From: a virus
IMG/VR virus record: IMGVR_UViG_3300025769_010106
Span: 1-64,000 of that record
Length of the DNA stretch: 64,000 bases
Strand: one strand, 5' to 3'
Shown here: one piece after another, positions 37,512-46,660 of the stretch
How positions within the stretch are numbered: position 1 is the stretch's first letter
Layout of the letters: the number at the start of each line of letters is the position of its first letter
Translations under genes and position numbers: made by a program
Notes under the pieces: generated by a model
What the model saw: the letters and a program-made list of their open reading frames with translations, nothing else
Told to the model about the DNA's origin: nothing
The model's database searches: none

Positions 37512-38518
37512 CTACATATTTGCTAGTAGATACAGCAAACACTTTTTTTAGGGCAAGGCATGCAGCTCATCGAGCGGCAGATCAATGGACCCGCTTGGGT
37601 TTTGCTATGCATGTAACTATGAGCGCAGTAAACAAAGCATGGCGTATAGCAGAAGCTGATCATGTGGTATTTGCACTCGAGGGCAGGAGTTGGCGTAAAG
37701 ACTATTATGAACCTTACAAAAAGAACCGTAAGGTAAAGTATGAAGCTCTTACAGAAGCAGAGCAGGAAGAAGATAATCTGTTCTGGGAAACATACGACGA
37801 GCTTACTACATTCCTTAAAGATAGTTCAAATTGCAGTGTCTTACGATGCGAGGTTGCAGAAGCAGATGATATTATTGCACGTTGGATTGATATGCATCCT
37901 AACGATAATCATGTAATTGTTAGCAGTGATACTGACTTTGTTCAGCTAGTTAGTGAGAACGTTCGTCAATACAACGGTATCCAAAATCACATGATTACTA
38001 TTGAAGGTGTGTTTGATGATTACGGTAAGCCTGTAAAGGACAAAAAGACAGGCGAGCCTAAGGAAGTGCCTAATCCTGAGTGGCTGTTGTTTGAAAAGTG
38101 TATGCGTGGTGATAGCACTGACAATGTATTCAGTGCTTATCCTGGTGTACGTAAAAAAGGCACTAAGAACAAGGTTGGTTTGCTGGAAGCATTTGAAGAT
38201 CGTGCTAGCAAAGGCTACAACTGGAATAATATGATGCTACAGCGTTGGACAGATCACAACGGTGAGGAACATCGTGTACTAGATGATTATGAGCGTAATC
38301 GCACACTAGTGGATCTTACTGCTCAACCTACTGAGATTAAAGATTTTGTTGATAACACAATCCGTGAACAAATGGATACTAAAACTAACAAGATGGTTGG
38401 TGCTAAGTTCCTCAAGTTCTGCGGCAAATATGAACTGAATAGGATTGCTGAAGATGTTACAAAATATGCAGAGTGGTTACAAAGTGGATACAATGCTACA
38501 AGCAATACCCATAGTTAA
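37508..38518 (+). CDS. rnh: RNase H / 5'-3' exonuclease (T4 rnh-like)
   Basis: LVD, YKKNR, EADDII, SSDTDFVQL, GDSTDNV. Confidence 0.9.
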   Translation: MTTYLLVDTANTFFRARHAAHRAADQWTRLGFAMHVTMSAVNKAWRIAEADHVVFALEGRSWRKDYYEPYKKNRKVKYEALTEAEQEEDNLFWETYDELTTFLKDSSNCSVLRCEVAEADDIIARWIDMHPNDNHVIVSSDTDFVQLVSENVRQYNGIQNHMITIEGVFDDYGKPVKDKKTGEPKEVPNPEWLLFEKCMRGDSTDNVFSAYPGVRKKGTKNKVGLLEAFEDRASKGYNWNNMMLQRWTDHNGEEHRVLDDYERNRTLVDLTAQPTEIKDFVDNTIREQMDTKTNKMVGAKFLKFCGKYELNRIAEDVTKYAEWLQSGYNATSNTHS

Positions 38519-38954
38519 TAATAAGTTCTGGATTATAGAACGTAATGGTCAGAAGGTAGGCACCTTACGACTAGGCAAAGAATATGTCCTAACAGTCCAG
38601 GATAAAAATGCACGGTATCCAGATCTAAACAGTTTGCTTGAAAAGCTGGACATCAACTTTGAACAGTCTAAACAGCTAGAAAATAAAAGTAAATCTAAAG
38701 AGTTTGATGTACATGGATTTCCTTGTAAGACTAAACCATATAATGATATTTTTGATCTAAAGCGTAAACTACCATTGTACACTAAAACTGAAAAAAGCCA
38801 GAGCTTTTATTGTGCTGGTTACTATGGCATACACTTTGACAATGGATGGGTAAGAGCATACTGTCCCAAGCTAATCACACTGAGTAGAAATGAATTCATA
38901 GGCCCATTCAAAGATAAATTGGAAATGCTAGAACAGATTAAGGCAAAATCTTAA
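38493..38954 (+). CDS. Hypothetical protein
   Basis: In-operon ORF; start set to ATG 38493. Confidence 0.65.
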   Translation: MLQAIPIVNNKFWIIERNGQKVGTLRLGKEYVLTVQDKNARYPDLNSLLEKLDINFEQSKQLENKSKSKEFDVHGFPCKTKPYNDIFDLKRKLPLYTKTEKSQSFYCAGYYGIHFDNGWVRAYCPKLITLSRNEFIGPFKDKLEMLEQIKAKS

Positions 38955-39169
38955 TGGCAAGGCTACCCTCTCTAATTAACTTGGACACCTTTATTACTAA
39001 GTGTACTAACAATAAAGCGGATCAATTGGTTATTAGTAAGGCTGACTCTATTAAGTTAGTAAACGATTATAAGCGATTGTTAACATATATTACTGAATTA
39101 CAGGCCCTAGTGATACAAGAAAGGGCAGGAAATGAGGTCACAGTGGAAATCAAGTCACCAGACTTTTAA
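38954..39169 (+). CDS. Hypothetical protein
   Basis: TAATG coupling. Confidence 0.6.
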   Translation: MARLPSLINLDTFITKCTNNKADQLVISKADSIKLVNDYKRLLTYITELQALVIQERAGNEVTVEIKSPDF

Positions 39170-39224
39170 AATATGGTACTATTTTTCTGATAAATAATAA
39201 TACGTTATTAGTCAGGAAAATCAA

Positions 39225-39524
39225 ATGAGCAGACCTAAGCCTAATGTTCTGTTAGAAAAAGTAGATAAAGAATCCTATAAAGTAGAGCAAGTGCTTGCTA
39301 GTGAAGGTGTATGGAGCGTATTCTATCAAGATAGTCCTATCAATCTAAAAAGCGGAAATCTACTTATAAACTATCCTGGTCCAAAGTACAAAAAGGTTAA
39401 CTTTAGTAATCCAGGTCATGCTATAAATCTTTGTAAAAAACTAAATCACCAGTTTCAGACTGCTGACTTTACTGTTATCTTACTAGGTACAGGCGAGATA
39501 GTTTATAAAGAAGATGCCAAGTAA
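39225..39524 (+). CDS. Hypothetical protein
   Basis: Follows GATAAATA (39189-39196) and AGGA RBS. Confidence 0.7.
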   Translation: MSRPKPNVLLEKVDKESYKVEQVLASEGVWSVFYQDSPINLKSGNLLINYPGPKYKKVNFSNPGHAINLCKKLNHQFQTADFTVILLGTGEIVYKEDAK

Positions 39525-39885
39525 GAAACAATATACAGATATTTTTTTAAAAAACGCTGAACACACTCGAATACCCAAAGGTACCGAGATGGTATTCTTT
39601 TGGAAAAATGTAAGAGAGACTGGCGGGCTTAGACTTACTGATTTAGGTTATAAGTGTTTAGTAGAGGATCTGCAACTCAAAACCTATGAGTTACAATTAT
39701 GGAACAAAGACAGTCATATAGATGTAAACTATAAGTTCCTATTAGATCTAGATAAACATTTGAATGTGCCATATTATGTTAGAATAGGAAGGTGGCCTGT
39801 TGTAACTCTCTTTGATGAGCAAACTTATTTTTGGGCCACGCTGCATGGTGATTTTCAGAGGTTCTTAGATGGATACAAAATTTGA
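39514..39885 (+). CDS. Hypothetical protein
   Basis: Overlapping in-operon ORF. Confidence 0.65.
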   Translation: MPSKKQYTDIFLKNAEHTRIPKGTEMVFFWKNVRETGGLRLTDLGYKCLVEDLQLKTYELQLWNKDSHIDVNYKFLLDLDKHLNVPYYVRIGRWPVVTLFDEQTYFWATLHGDFQRFLDGYKI

Positions 39886-40180
39886 ACTTAACTATATAAA
39901 GTCAATTTATGACAGCAAGTGGCGTTATTTAGTTAATATATGGTTTGATGACTTTGGTTATCTAACAACAAAAACTATCAGAGAAAACTTACTAAAAATA
40001 ATGCTTGATCTTTACGGAAAACAAGACATCAACTGGAGTATACGTTGGACTAGTGCTGGTGCTGATATCAGATTTGTCAATGATTGCGATGCGGGTAGTT
40101 TTATTATGTTTTATACTGACACCAAAGATTCGGATCGCTGGTATAGAAACAATAGTAGTTACGTTGGTAGAGGGCACTAA
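39869..40180 (+). CDS. Hypothetical protein
   Basis: Overlapping in-operon ORF. Confidence 0.55.
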   Translation: MDTKFELNYIKSIYDSKWRYLVNIWFDDFGYLTTKTIRENLLKIMLDLYGKQDINWSIRWTSAGADIRFVNDCDAGSFIMFYTDTKDSDRWYRNNSSYVGRGH

Positions 40181-40284
40181 ATTTAGCAATAGTATGCAAA
40201 TTCTAAGAAAAAACAACCGCAGAAATCTGCGATTTTTATTTCCTTATTTTTCAATAGGTTATTAAAACACCATTTTTTGTAGCC

Positions 40285-40345
40285 AAAATGGTTGACTATC
40301 TGGGTAGTCGTGCTATTATAAAGCATAAGTTGGAAATGAGGAGAG
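40285..40345 (+). repeat. 61-bp promoter+RBS cassette, copy 1
   Basis: 60/61 identical to 40622-40682; TTGACT..TGCTATTATA..GAGGAG. Confidence 0.9.
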
Positions 40346-40351
40346 CAAACT

Positions 40352-40615
40352 ATGCAAAACATTACTTTTCCGTTCACCGTTACACTAGCAGGCGACAGCA
40401 TTTGGGACTATGAGGGTCCGCAAACTGTTACAGTCTCAGACATCGCTGTACACGAGGATGAGGACTACAAGATGATCGACGTAGTACACGATACAACGTG
40501 GGAGATCTACACAGACAGTGGCTTTGAGGCCGCAATTAGCAAAGCACTTGGCTATGAGGTGCAATTTACAGAGCAAGGTATGCAACAAAACGGCATGGCC
40601 TCTATGGAAGCATAG
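40352..40615 (+). CDS. Small acidic early protein
   Basis: Directly downstream of cassette copy 1. Confidence 0.75.
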   Translation: MQNITFPFTVTLAGDSIWDYEGPQTVTVSDIAVHEDEDYKMIDVVHDTTWEIYTDSGFEAAISKALGYEVQFTEQGMQQNGMASMEA

Positions 40616-40621
40616 CATAAA

Positions 40622-40682
40622 AAAATGGTTGACTATCTGGGTAGTCGTGCTATTATAAAACATAAGTTGGAAATGAGGAGAG
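40622..40682 (+). repeat. 61-bp promoter+RBS cassette, copy 2
   Basis: Direct repeat of 40285-40345. Confidence 0.9.
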
Positions 40683-40687
40683 TAGAT

Positions 40688-40978
40688 ATGGCTATCATGT
40701 ACACCCTTCGAGTTTGGGAGCCGAAAGAGTGGAGAGTTCACATTGCTAAGGGCCCAGTAGCAAAAGGCCACGATAATACTTGGATGGTGCAAAAAGGGCA
40801 GTCCAAGATAGTGAGGTCTGAGACCCTTCCTATGGAAGAAGCTTTTGCTGCCGCTAAAGAAGAGCTCGCACGGTTCAATACAGTTGAGCTCTCATGGTTT
40901 GACACGAACTGGGGCCACGACGGCACTGGGTTCGTAGACGATAGAGTCACTGTAGGTCAGTTAAGCGAACTGGGTTGA
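40688..40978 (+). CDS. Small early protein
   Basis: ATG 40688 after the GAGGAG RBS of cassette copy 2. Confidence 0.7.
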   Translation: MAIMYTLRVWEPKEWRVHIAKGPVAKGHDNTWMVQKGQSKIVRSETLPMEEAFAAAKEELARFNTVELSWFDTNWGHDGTGFVDDRVTVGQLSELG

Positions 40979-41026
40979 CAGGATGTCTATTTTTTCCATG
41001 GGTGATGTGGTTACGTTTAACAATGT

Positions 41027-41061
41027 AAAACGGTTGACACATAGCACAAATGTGTTATGTT
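41027..41061 (+). promoter_or_regulatory. Early-type promoter
   Basis: AAAACGGTTGACA-N13-TGTTATGTT. Confidence 0.6.
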
Positions 41062-41089
41062 TAGATATTAGTTAAACAAGGAGAAAGAA

Positions 41090-42202
41090 ATGGCAGACAT
41101 TGTTAGTGCCCGTACTGTTACTCTTGCAGAAGCCGAGAATCGTATCGTTCGTGCTTTCCGCAATAAACTTCCGGTTTTCCTCTGGGGGCCTCCGGGTGTA
41201 GGTAAGAGCGAGCTTATGGCTGGTATTGCTAACAAGGGTATCCTGGGCAATGCTACACTGGTAGATATCCGTGTTGCGCTCATGGAGCCTACAGACCTGC
41301 GTGGCATGCCTTTCCTTAGCAAGAAGCAGGATAACATGCTCTGGGCACCTCCAGTGGATCTGCCCAGCGAAGAGATGGCTGCTGAGTATGATACTGTCAT
41401 CCTGTTCCTGGATGAAATGAACGCGGCTGCTCCTGCGGTGCAGGCTGCTGCCTACCAGCTGATCCTCAACCGTCGCATTGGCACTTATAAGTTGCCCGAG
41501 AATGTGGTGATTGTTGCCGCAGGTAACCGTGAGAGCGACAAGGGCGTTACCTACCGTATGCCCACTCCGCTGGCTAACCGCTTCGTCCACCTTGAAGTCC
41601 GTGCGGACTATGAAAGCTGGCTGAACTGGGCTGTTAACAACCAGATCAGCGAGGATGTGGTGGGTTATATCAGCTTCGCCAAGCAGGATCTCATGGACTT
41701 TGATCCTCGCGCTAGCGGCCGCTCGTTTGCTACACCGCGTAGCTGGACTTATGTCAGCCGCTTCCTGGAGGACGATACGATCTCTGATAGCGAACTTACT
41801 GACCTGGTCAGCGGTTGCGTGGGTGAGGGTGTTGCGATTAAGTTCATGGCGCACCGTAAGGTTGCCAAGGACATGCCGCACCCCAAGGATATCCTTGCTG
41901 GTAAGGTTAAGGAGCTCAAGATTAAGGAAATCAGCGCCCAGTATGCCCTGACTATTGGCATGTGCTACGAGCTCAAGAATGCCTACGATGACTTTGGTAA
42001 GAAGGACAGTAAGCGGTGGCACGAGATGGCTGACAACTTCTTCCGGTTCATGATGGATTTCTTCCCCACGGAGATGACTGTTATGGGTGCCCGTACAGCA
42101 ATCGCCAACTATAGCTTGCCCTTTCAACCCAACAAGCTTACTCACTTTAAGGAGTTCTTTGACCGGTTTGGCAAGTATGTTGTTAAGGCTTCAGAATTCT
42201 AA
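41090..42202 (+). CDS. MoxR-like AAA+ ATPase
   Basis: GPPGVGKS Walker A, LFLDE Walker B, AAGN, LANRF, TPRSW. Confidence 0.9.
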   Translation: MADIVSARTVTLAEAENRIVRAFRNKLPVFLWGPPGVGKSELMAGIANKGILGNATLVDIRVALMEPTDLRGMPFLSKKQDNMLWAPPVDLPSEEMAAEYDTVILFLDEMNAAAPAVQAAAYQLILNRRIGTYKLPENVVIVAAGNRESDKGVTYRMPTPLANRFVHLEVRADYESWLNWAVNNQISEDVVGYISFAKQDLMDFDPRASGRSFATPRSWTYVSRFLEDDTISDSELTDLVSGCVGEGVAIKFMAHRKVAKDMPHPKDILAGKVKELKIKEISAQYALTIGMCYELKNAYDDFGKKDSKRWHEMADNFFRFMMDFFPTEMTVMGARTAIANYSLPFQPNKLTHFKEFFDRFGKYVVKASEF

Positions 42203-42343
42203 TAGTAAAGTGGCTCCTCCTCGTAACCCTGGTAGCAGTCTGGCTACCAGGGTGCACGTCGGAAAAGTATTGCACCTTGGGATGTGGCAATACCAACTTA
42301 ACAAGACCTCCACAATACGATCAAACGGTAACAAAGAATAACG

Positions 42344-42622
42344 ATGATGCAAGAATTAACTCTCTCTGAGGACTTCGCAATTTGGTGGAAGATGCAGAAA
42401 TATGAGGATAGGAATATCCCTGCTCGCAAATTTGGTGACCAAAAGATAGTAGTTCGTAATGCTAGCAATAGCGGCTGGCCAGGTGAACAAAAAGATGTGC
42501 ACTACTGGGTAGAACTAGAAAACGGTTACGCAGTAGGGATGCGTCATGGTCGAGGACCTAGCGAAACACGCAGGGCAAAATATGCTGAATTTCCAGTAGT
42601 TTTTATGGGTAAAAACGGTTGA
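42344..42622 (+). CDS. Hypothetical protein
   Basis: 92-aa ORF between the AAA+ and VWA genes. Confidence 0.55.
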   Translation: MMQELTLSEDFAIWWKMQKYEDRNIPARKFGDQKIVVRNASNSGWPGEQKDVHYWVELENGYAVGMRHGRGPSETRRAKYAEFPVVFMGKNG

Positions 42623-42646
42623 CAGACACTATTTGTGTGTTAATAT
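42612..42646 (+). promoter_or_regulatory. Early-type promoter
   Basis: AAAACGGTTGACA-N13-TGTTAATAT. Confidence 0.6.
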
Positions 42647-42670
42647 AAACATATAAAAGGAGTGAACTGC

Positions 42671-43963
42671 ATGCCTACTACCACTGCAAACAAGAAAAAC
42701 GTAGAAATCCCAGTAGGGTTTGAGACTGTTCCTAGCGAGGACTATGAGGCTCGTGAGAAGCTCACTACAGCTCGAGTAGGCTTGCTTATTAGGGCACCAT
42801 GGTTTGGGAATATGGCAACCCGGTTACCACTGGTTAATGCAGACGACTGGTGCCCTACAGCGGCTACAGACGGTCGTTACTTCTATTACAATAGCAAGTT
42901 CATCAACATGCTAAAGACCAAAGAGGTAGAGTTTCTCTTCGGGCATGAGGTTTTGCACAATGTTTATGAGCATCTAGGGCGTAGTAAGGATAACAAGCAT
43001 AACGCCCAGATTGCTAATATTGCAGCTGACTATGCTGTAAACGGTGACCTTGTTAAGAGTGGTATTGGTACACTTATTACCACCGTGCCTGCTCTGCATG
43101 ATTCGAAATACTACGACATGAGCATGGAGGAAATCTATGATGACCTCTATGAGAACGCTGATAAGATTGACATGGATCAGCTTATTGATATGTTACTGGA
43201 CGAGCATCTTGAAAGCGACGATGATAACAGCTCTGGTGGGAAGCCTGAAGAGGATGAGAACGGTAACCTCAAGAGCTCGGGTAAGCCCACTTATTCTGAC
43301 GAAGAGCGCAAGAAGATCCGTGATGAGATCAAGGAAGCTCTTATTAATAGCGCCAAGCTGGGTGGTGGTGCTGGTAACCTTCCTGGGGGTGTTGCTCGCC
43401 TTGTTAAGGATCTTACCGAGCCCAAGATGGACTGGCGCAGCCTGCTTGCGATGAGCATTGAAAGCTCAATCAAGAGCGATTATAGTTTTATGCGTCGTAG
43501 CCGTAAGAGCTGGGGCAGTGACTTCCTGCTGCCTGGTATGATCCCCGAGCAGACTATTGACATTGCTATTGGCATGGACATGAGTGGTTCAATTGGTGAC
43601 CACCAGGCACGTGACTTCTTTAGCGAGTTCAAGGCTATTATGAACATGTACACAGACTTTAAAATTAAACTTTGGTGCTTTGATACTAAGGTTTATAACT
43701 ATGCTGAGTTTGATGCCAATAATCTCGACGAGATTATGAACTATCAGCCTATGGGAGGAGGTGGTACTGACTTCATGTGCAATTGGGACTTCATGAAGCA
43801 TGAAGATATTCAACCCAATCGCTTTGTGATGTTTACAGATGGGTACCCAATGGGTTCATGGGGCGATGAGTTCTACTGCGACACAGTGTTTATTATCCAT
43901 GGCCCAGATACTATTAAGCCAGCGTTTGGCAACTGGGCTTATTATGAGGGTACAAAAACCTAA
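42671..43963 (+). CDS. Metallopeptidase-like (HExxH) plus VWA domain protein (DUF2201-type), AAA+ partner
   Basis: TAATDG, HEVLH, DMSGS MIDAS, GGGGTDF, FTDG. Confidence 0.88.
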   Translation: MPTTTANKKNVEIPVGFETVPSEDYEAREKLTTARVGLLIRAPWFGNMATRLPLVNADDWCPTAATDGRYFYYNSKFINMLKTKEVEFLFGHEVLHNVYEHLGRSKDNKHNAQIANIAADYAVNGDLVKSGIGTLITTVPALHDSKYYDMSMEEIYDDLYENADKIDMDQLIDMLLDEHLESDDDNSSGGKPEEDENGNLKSSGKPTYSDEERKKIRDEIKEALINSAKLGGGAGNLPGGVARLVKDLTEPKMDWRSLLAMSIESSIKSDYSFMRRSRKSWGSDFLLPGMIPEQTIDIAIGMDMSGSIGDHQARDFFSEFKAIMNMYTDFKIKLWCFDTKVYNYAEFDANNLDEIMNYQPMGGGGTDFMCNWDFMKHEDIQPNRFVMFTDGYPMGSWGDEFYCDTVFIIHGPDTIKPAFGNWAYYEGTKT

Positions 43964-43968
43964 ACCAA

Positions 43969-44427
43969 TTAATTTTTTAGTGATTCAGAAATAGTTTCTA
44001 TATGCGTTTTGCAGTCTTTACTTAGTCTAAATAAGTTTTGAACATGCTGTCTTAGTTCTTTATCGTCACTTGCATCTAATCCGTTAATTAACAGGCCCAT
44101 AGAAATATCATTATATAAACTAATTACATCCTGATTTATATTGGAAATATAAGGTTGTAACGATCGCTGTAGCATAATTGAAATCTTCTCTGCTTCTAAC
44201 CAATCCTCTTTTAACATTTCTATTAAAGAGCTATCAGTGGTCATATTTTCTACACTCTCTTTAAACATATAATAAATACCTGCATAATATGCTGCTATTT
44301 TAAATGTAGCCTGGCAGGTCGTAATAGTTTTAAGGCCCTGATATAACACGTTCTTATCATTACCTTGCGCCCATACTGAAGAAGTCAAGATAATTGAAAT
44401 TAATATAGACAAAAAAGTTGATTTCAT
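43969..44427 (-). CDS. Secreted hypothetical protein
   Basis: Signal peptide MKSTFLSILISIILTSSVWA. Confidence 0.55.
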   Translation of the reverse strand: MKSTFLSILISIILTSSVWAQGNDKNVLYQGLKTITTCQATFKIAAYYAGIYYMFKESVENMTTDSSLIEMLKEDWLEAEKISIMLQRSLQPYISNINQDVISLYNDISMGLLINGLDASDDKELRQHVQNLFRLSKDCKTHIETISESLKN

Positions 44428-44472
44428 AATTATAAATCCATATAATAGTACTTAGTTAAAGGAGATATTTAT

Positions 44473-44805
44473 ATGTCAATCGAAGAACCAGTTGAAGAGA
44501 CCAATGAAGAAAACACTGTTCATGAAGTTAAGCCACAACAGCAGACCCTAAGCATTCAGGATCTTACGTTAATGGTTAATATTCTTGAAGTAGTGAGTAA
44601 TCGAGGTGCCATTAAAACTAATGAGATGGAATTAGTAGGTAAATTATATAATAATTTAGTACTATTCCTTAAAGAAAATGGTGTGATTGCTAATCAAACT
44701 CAGGAAGATGCAGTAGCACATGATGCTGAAAAAGTAGAAAACGAAGAAGGTGATTCAGATACTGCTGAAAAAGTAGAAAACGAAGAAGGTGATTCAGATG
44801 CTTAA
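44473..44805 (+). CDS. Acidic hypothetical protein with duplicated C-terminal 13-mer
   Basis: AAGGAG RBS; AEKVENEEGDSD twice. Confidence 0.7.
   Translation: MSIEEPVEETNEENTVHEVKPQQQTLSIQDLTLMVNILEVVSNRGAIKTNEMELVGKLYNNLVLFLKENGVIANQTQEDAVAHDAEKVENEEGDSDTAEKVENEEGDSDA
44724..44799 (+). repeat. Tandem duplication, period 39 bp (37 bp identical)
   Basis: TGCTGAAAAAGTAGAAAACGAAGAAGGTGATTCAGAT at 44724 and 44763. Confidence 0.9.
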
Positions 44806-45436
44806 ACATGTAGGTAGACATGGTGAACAAAGAGTCGCTGTTGTCTTTAGAGAAGTACCCAACGAGGAACATATGTGCTTGGTAATCTATCCAGGTCAGC
44901 TACAATCAGCATATCATAACGATCTTATGAAGTGTATTGAAAGTAACGCAGGACAAACTGCAAGCAATTTAGGCGAAGCCATGCAACGTTATGTTGGTGC
45001 TGACGGCCGCAATCTACTAGTAGCCGCTCACCGCGAACGCTGGATGAAGAAGGTACGGTGTCAGGACGTTATTATGACACCAGTTCCTAATCAGCAGGGT
45101 GCACGCCTTGATGAGATCAACAAGATCATTAAGGAAGTGGAATCAGGCGCAGATGCTGCCAAGCGTATGGCAGAGATTGATGCACAGGCTGGTATGGCAG
45201 ATCCTGCAAAGACTGTAAGCGATACAGCATATGCTGCAACTGCACCTGCAGGTGTACTAACTGATTCAGATATTGCCGCAGACATGATGAAGCAGGCAGC
45301 ACAAATGGAGTCACAGATTGCAGGACTACAGGCAGAAGTTGCACGTCTTACTGAAGAAGCAACTGCACTTGATCCAAGTGTTGCTCCAGCACCTGCTCCT
45401 AAGAAGCGCGGTCGTCCTAAGAAGGCTGCTGCCTAA
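44798..45436 (+). CDS. Hypothetical protein with coiled coil and AT-hook-like tail
   Basis: C-terminal PKKRGRPKK. Confidence 0.7.
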   Translation: MLKHVGRHGEQRVAVVFREVPNEEHMCLVIYPGQLQSAYHNDLMKCIESNAGQTASNLGEAMQRYVGADGRNLLVAAHRERWMKKVRCQDVIMTPVPNQQGARLDEINKIIKEVESGADAAKRMAEIDAQAGMADPAKTVSDTAYAATAPAGVLTDSDIAADMMKQAAQMESQIAGLQAEVARLTEEATALDPSVAPAPAPKKRGRPKKAAA

Positions 45437-46116
45437 TGAAGGTAAGCCTGGTTAGTTTTAGCCAAGCCAGTCCAGAGTTTTTAACTGAACACGATCTTGC
45501 TGATGCAGATGTGCAGGACCTTATTGCGTTCTGTGCTAGAGTCAGCAACCCTAGTGGACAGTTAAACATGGAGACTAGTGCAAAGCTCATTAAATATCTG
45601 ATCAAACACAAGCACTGGAGTCCCCTAGAAATGGTCAGTGCTTGTATGGAGATTGAAACTACTCGTGATATAGCAAGGCAGATCCTACGTCACAGGAGTT
45701 TCAGTTTCCAGGAGTTTAGCCAACGCTATGCTGATCCCACAAAGGATCTAGAGTTTGTTATTCGTGAAGCACGTTTGCAGGATACTACAAATCGTCAAAA
45801 CAGTATCGAGAACGATAATCAGCAGCTGGCTGTTGACTGGGAAGAGTATCAGAGAGATGTAATTGAATATGCCAATAGAGCATATCAATTTGCTATTGAA
45901 AATGGTATTGCAAAAGAACAGGCTCGTGCTGTTCTCCCGGAAGGACTGACCGTTTCTCGGTTATACATGAACGGCACACTACGTAGTTGGGTACACTATA
46001 TTGAACTACGTGGTGATAATGGTACTCAAAAGGAACACATGGAGATTGCTCATGCTTGTGCTAAGGTTATTGCAGATGTGTTCCCACTTGCAGACGAAAT
46101 GTTTGAATGGTCATAA
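45436..46116 (+). CDS. thyX: FAD-dependent thymidylate synthase
   Basis: HWSPLE, RHRSFSFQEFSQRY, EQARAVLP, LR..GTQKEH. Confidence 0.96.
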   Translation: MKVSLVSFSQASPEFLTEHDLADADVQDLIAFCARVSNPSGQLNMETSAKLIKYLIKHKHWSPLEMVSACMEIETTRDIARQILRHRSFSFQEFSQRYADPTKDLEFVIREARLQDTTNRQNSIENDNQQLAVDWEEYQRDVIEYANRAYQFAIENGIAKEQARAVLPEGLTVSRLYMNGTLRSWVHYIELRGDNGTQKEHMEIAHACAKVIADVFPLADEMFEWS

Positions 46117-46376
46117 AACATAACTGGGTACCTACACATTCATACCCACAGGGTTGCGGTTACTCGAAAGTATACGAACATCAGGTTACACTAGAGTGTG
46201 ATGGCGTAAATTACCAGAGCATGCAATGGGCAGCAGAACATTGCAACCGTCGTTGGGGTTGGTACTTTACAGTGCTAACTACTAACTATGAGAAACATGC
46301 AGTTATGACATTTGAAGACCCGGAAGAAATGATGCTTTGGGTATTGCGTTGGCAAGCAGAACATAGGAGAAAATAA
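46107..46376 (+). CDS. Hypothetical protein
   Basis: In-operon ORF. Confidence 0.6.
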   Translation: MVIKHNWVPTHSYPQGCGYSKVYEHQVTLECDGVNYQSMQWAAEHCNRRWGWYFTVLTTNYEKHAVMTFEDPEEMMLWVLRWQAEHRRK

Positions 46377-46660
46377 TGGGCGGCGATAAATCATTTGCTA
46401 ATATTGAAAAGATATTAACCAAGTATGAAAATGAAACTAACAGGTTGGAATTGGTTATTCATGCTGCTCAACTTGCAAGATCCAAAAAGATTTCAGGACG
46501 AGCTGCATTAAATGTTTTAGAAACAGAAACTATTAATTTAAAAGATTTAGACGAGCAACTGATGGATAAACTACAGAAACAAATCCAGAAAGACAATAAA
46601 GAAAAAGAAAGCAAAAAGGTAGATTCAGATGATCCACCTACACAACCTAAACAGACTTAA
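46376..46660 (+). CDS. Hypothetical protein, weak resemblance to RNAP omega subunit
   Basis: NRLELVIHAAQLAR...AAL..L. Confidence 0.4.
   Translation: MGGDKSFANIEKILTKYENETNRLELVIHAAQLARSKKISGRAALNVLETETINLKDLDEQLMDKLQKQIQKDNKEKESKKVDSDDPPTQPKQT

Noticed and set aside
40285-40682. Direct repeats as a CRISPR array or att sites
   Set aside because: Only two 61-bp copies separated by a gene; they contain promoter and RBS elements; no cas or integrase gene
41072-42145. 357-aa minus-strand ORF
   Set aside because: Antisense shadow of the AAA+ gene caused by its codon bias; no motifs recognised
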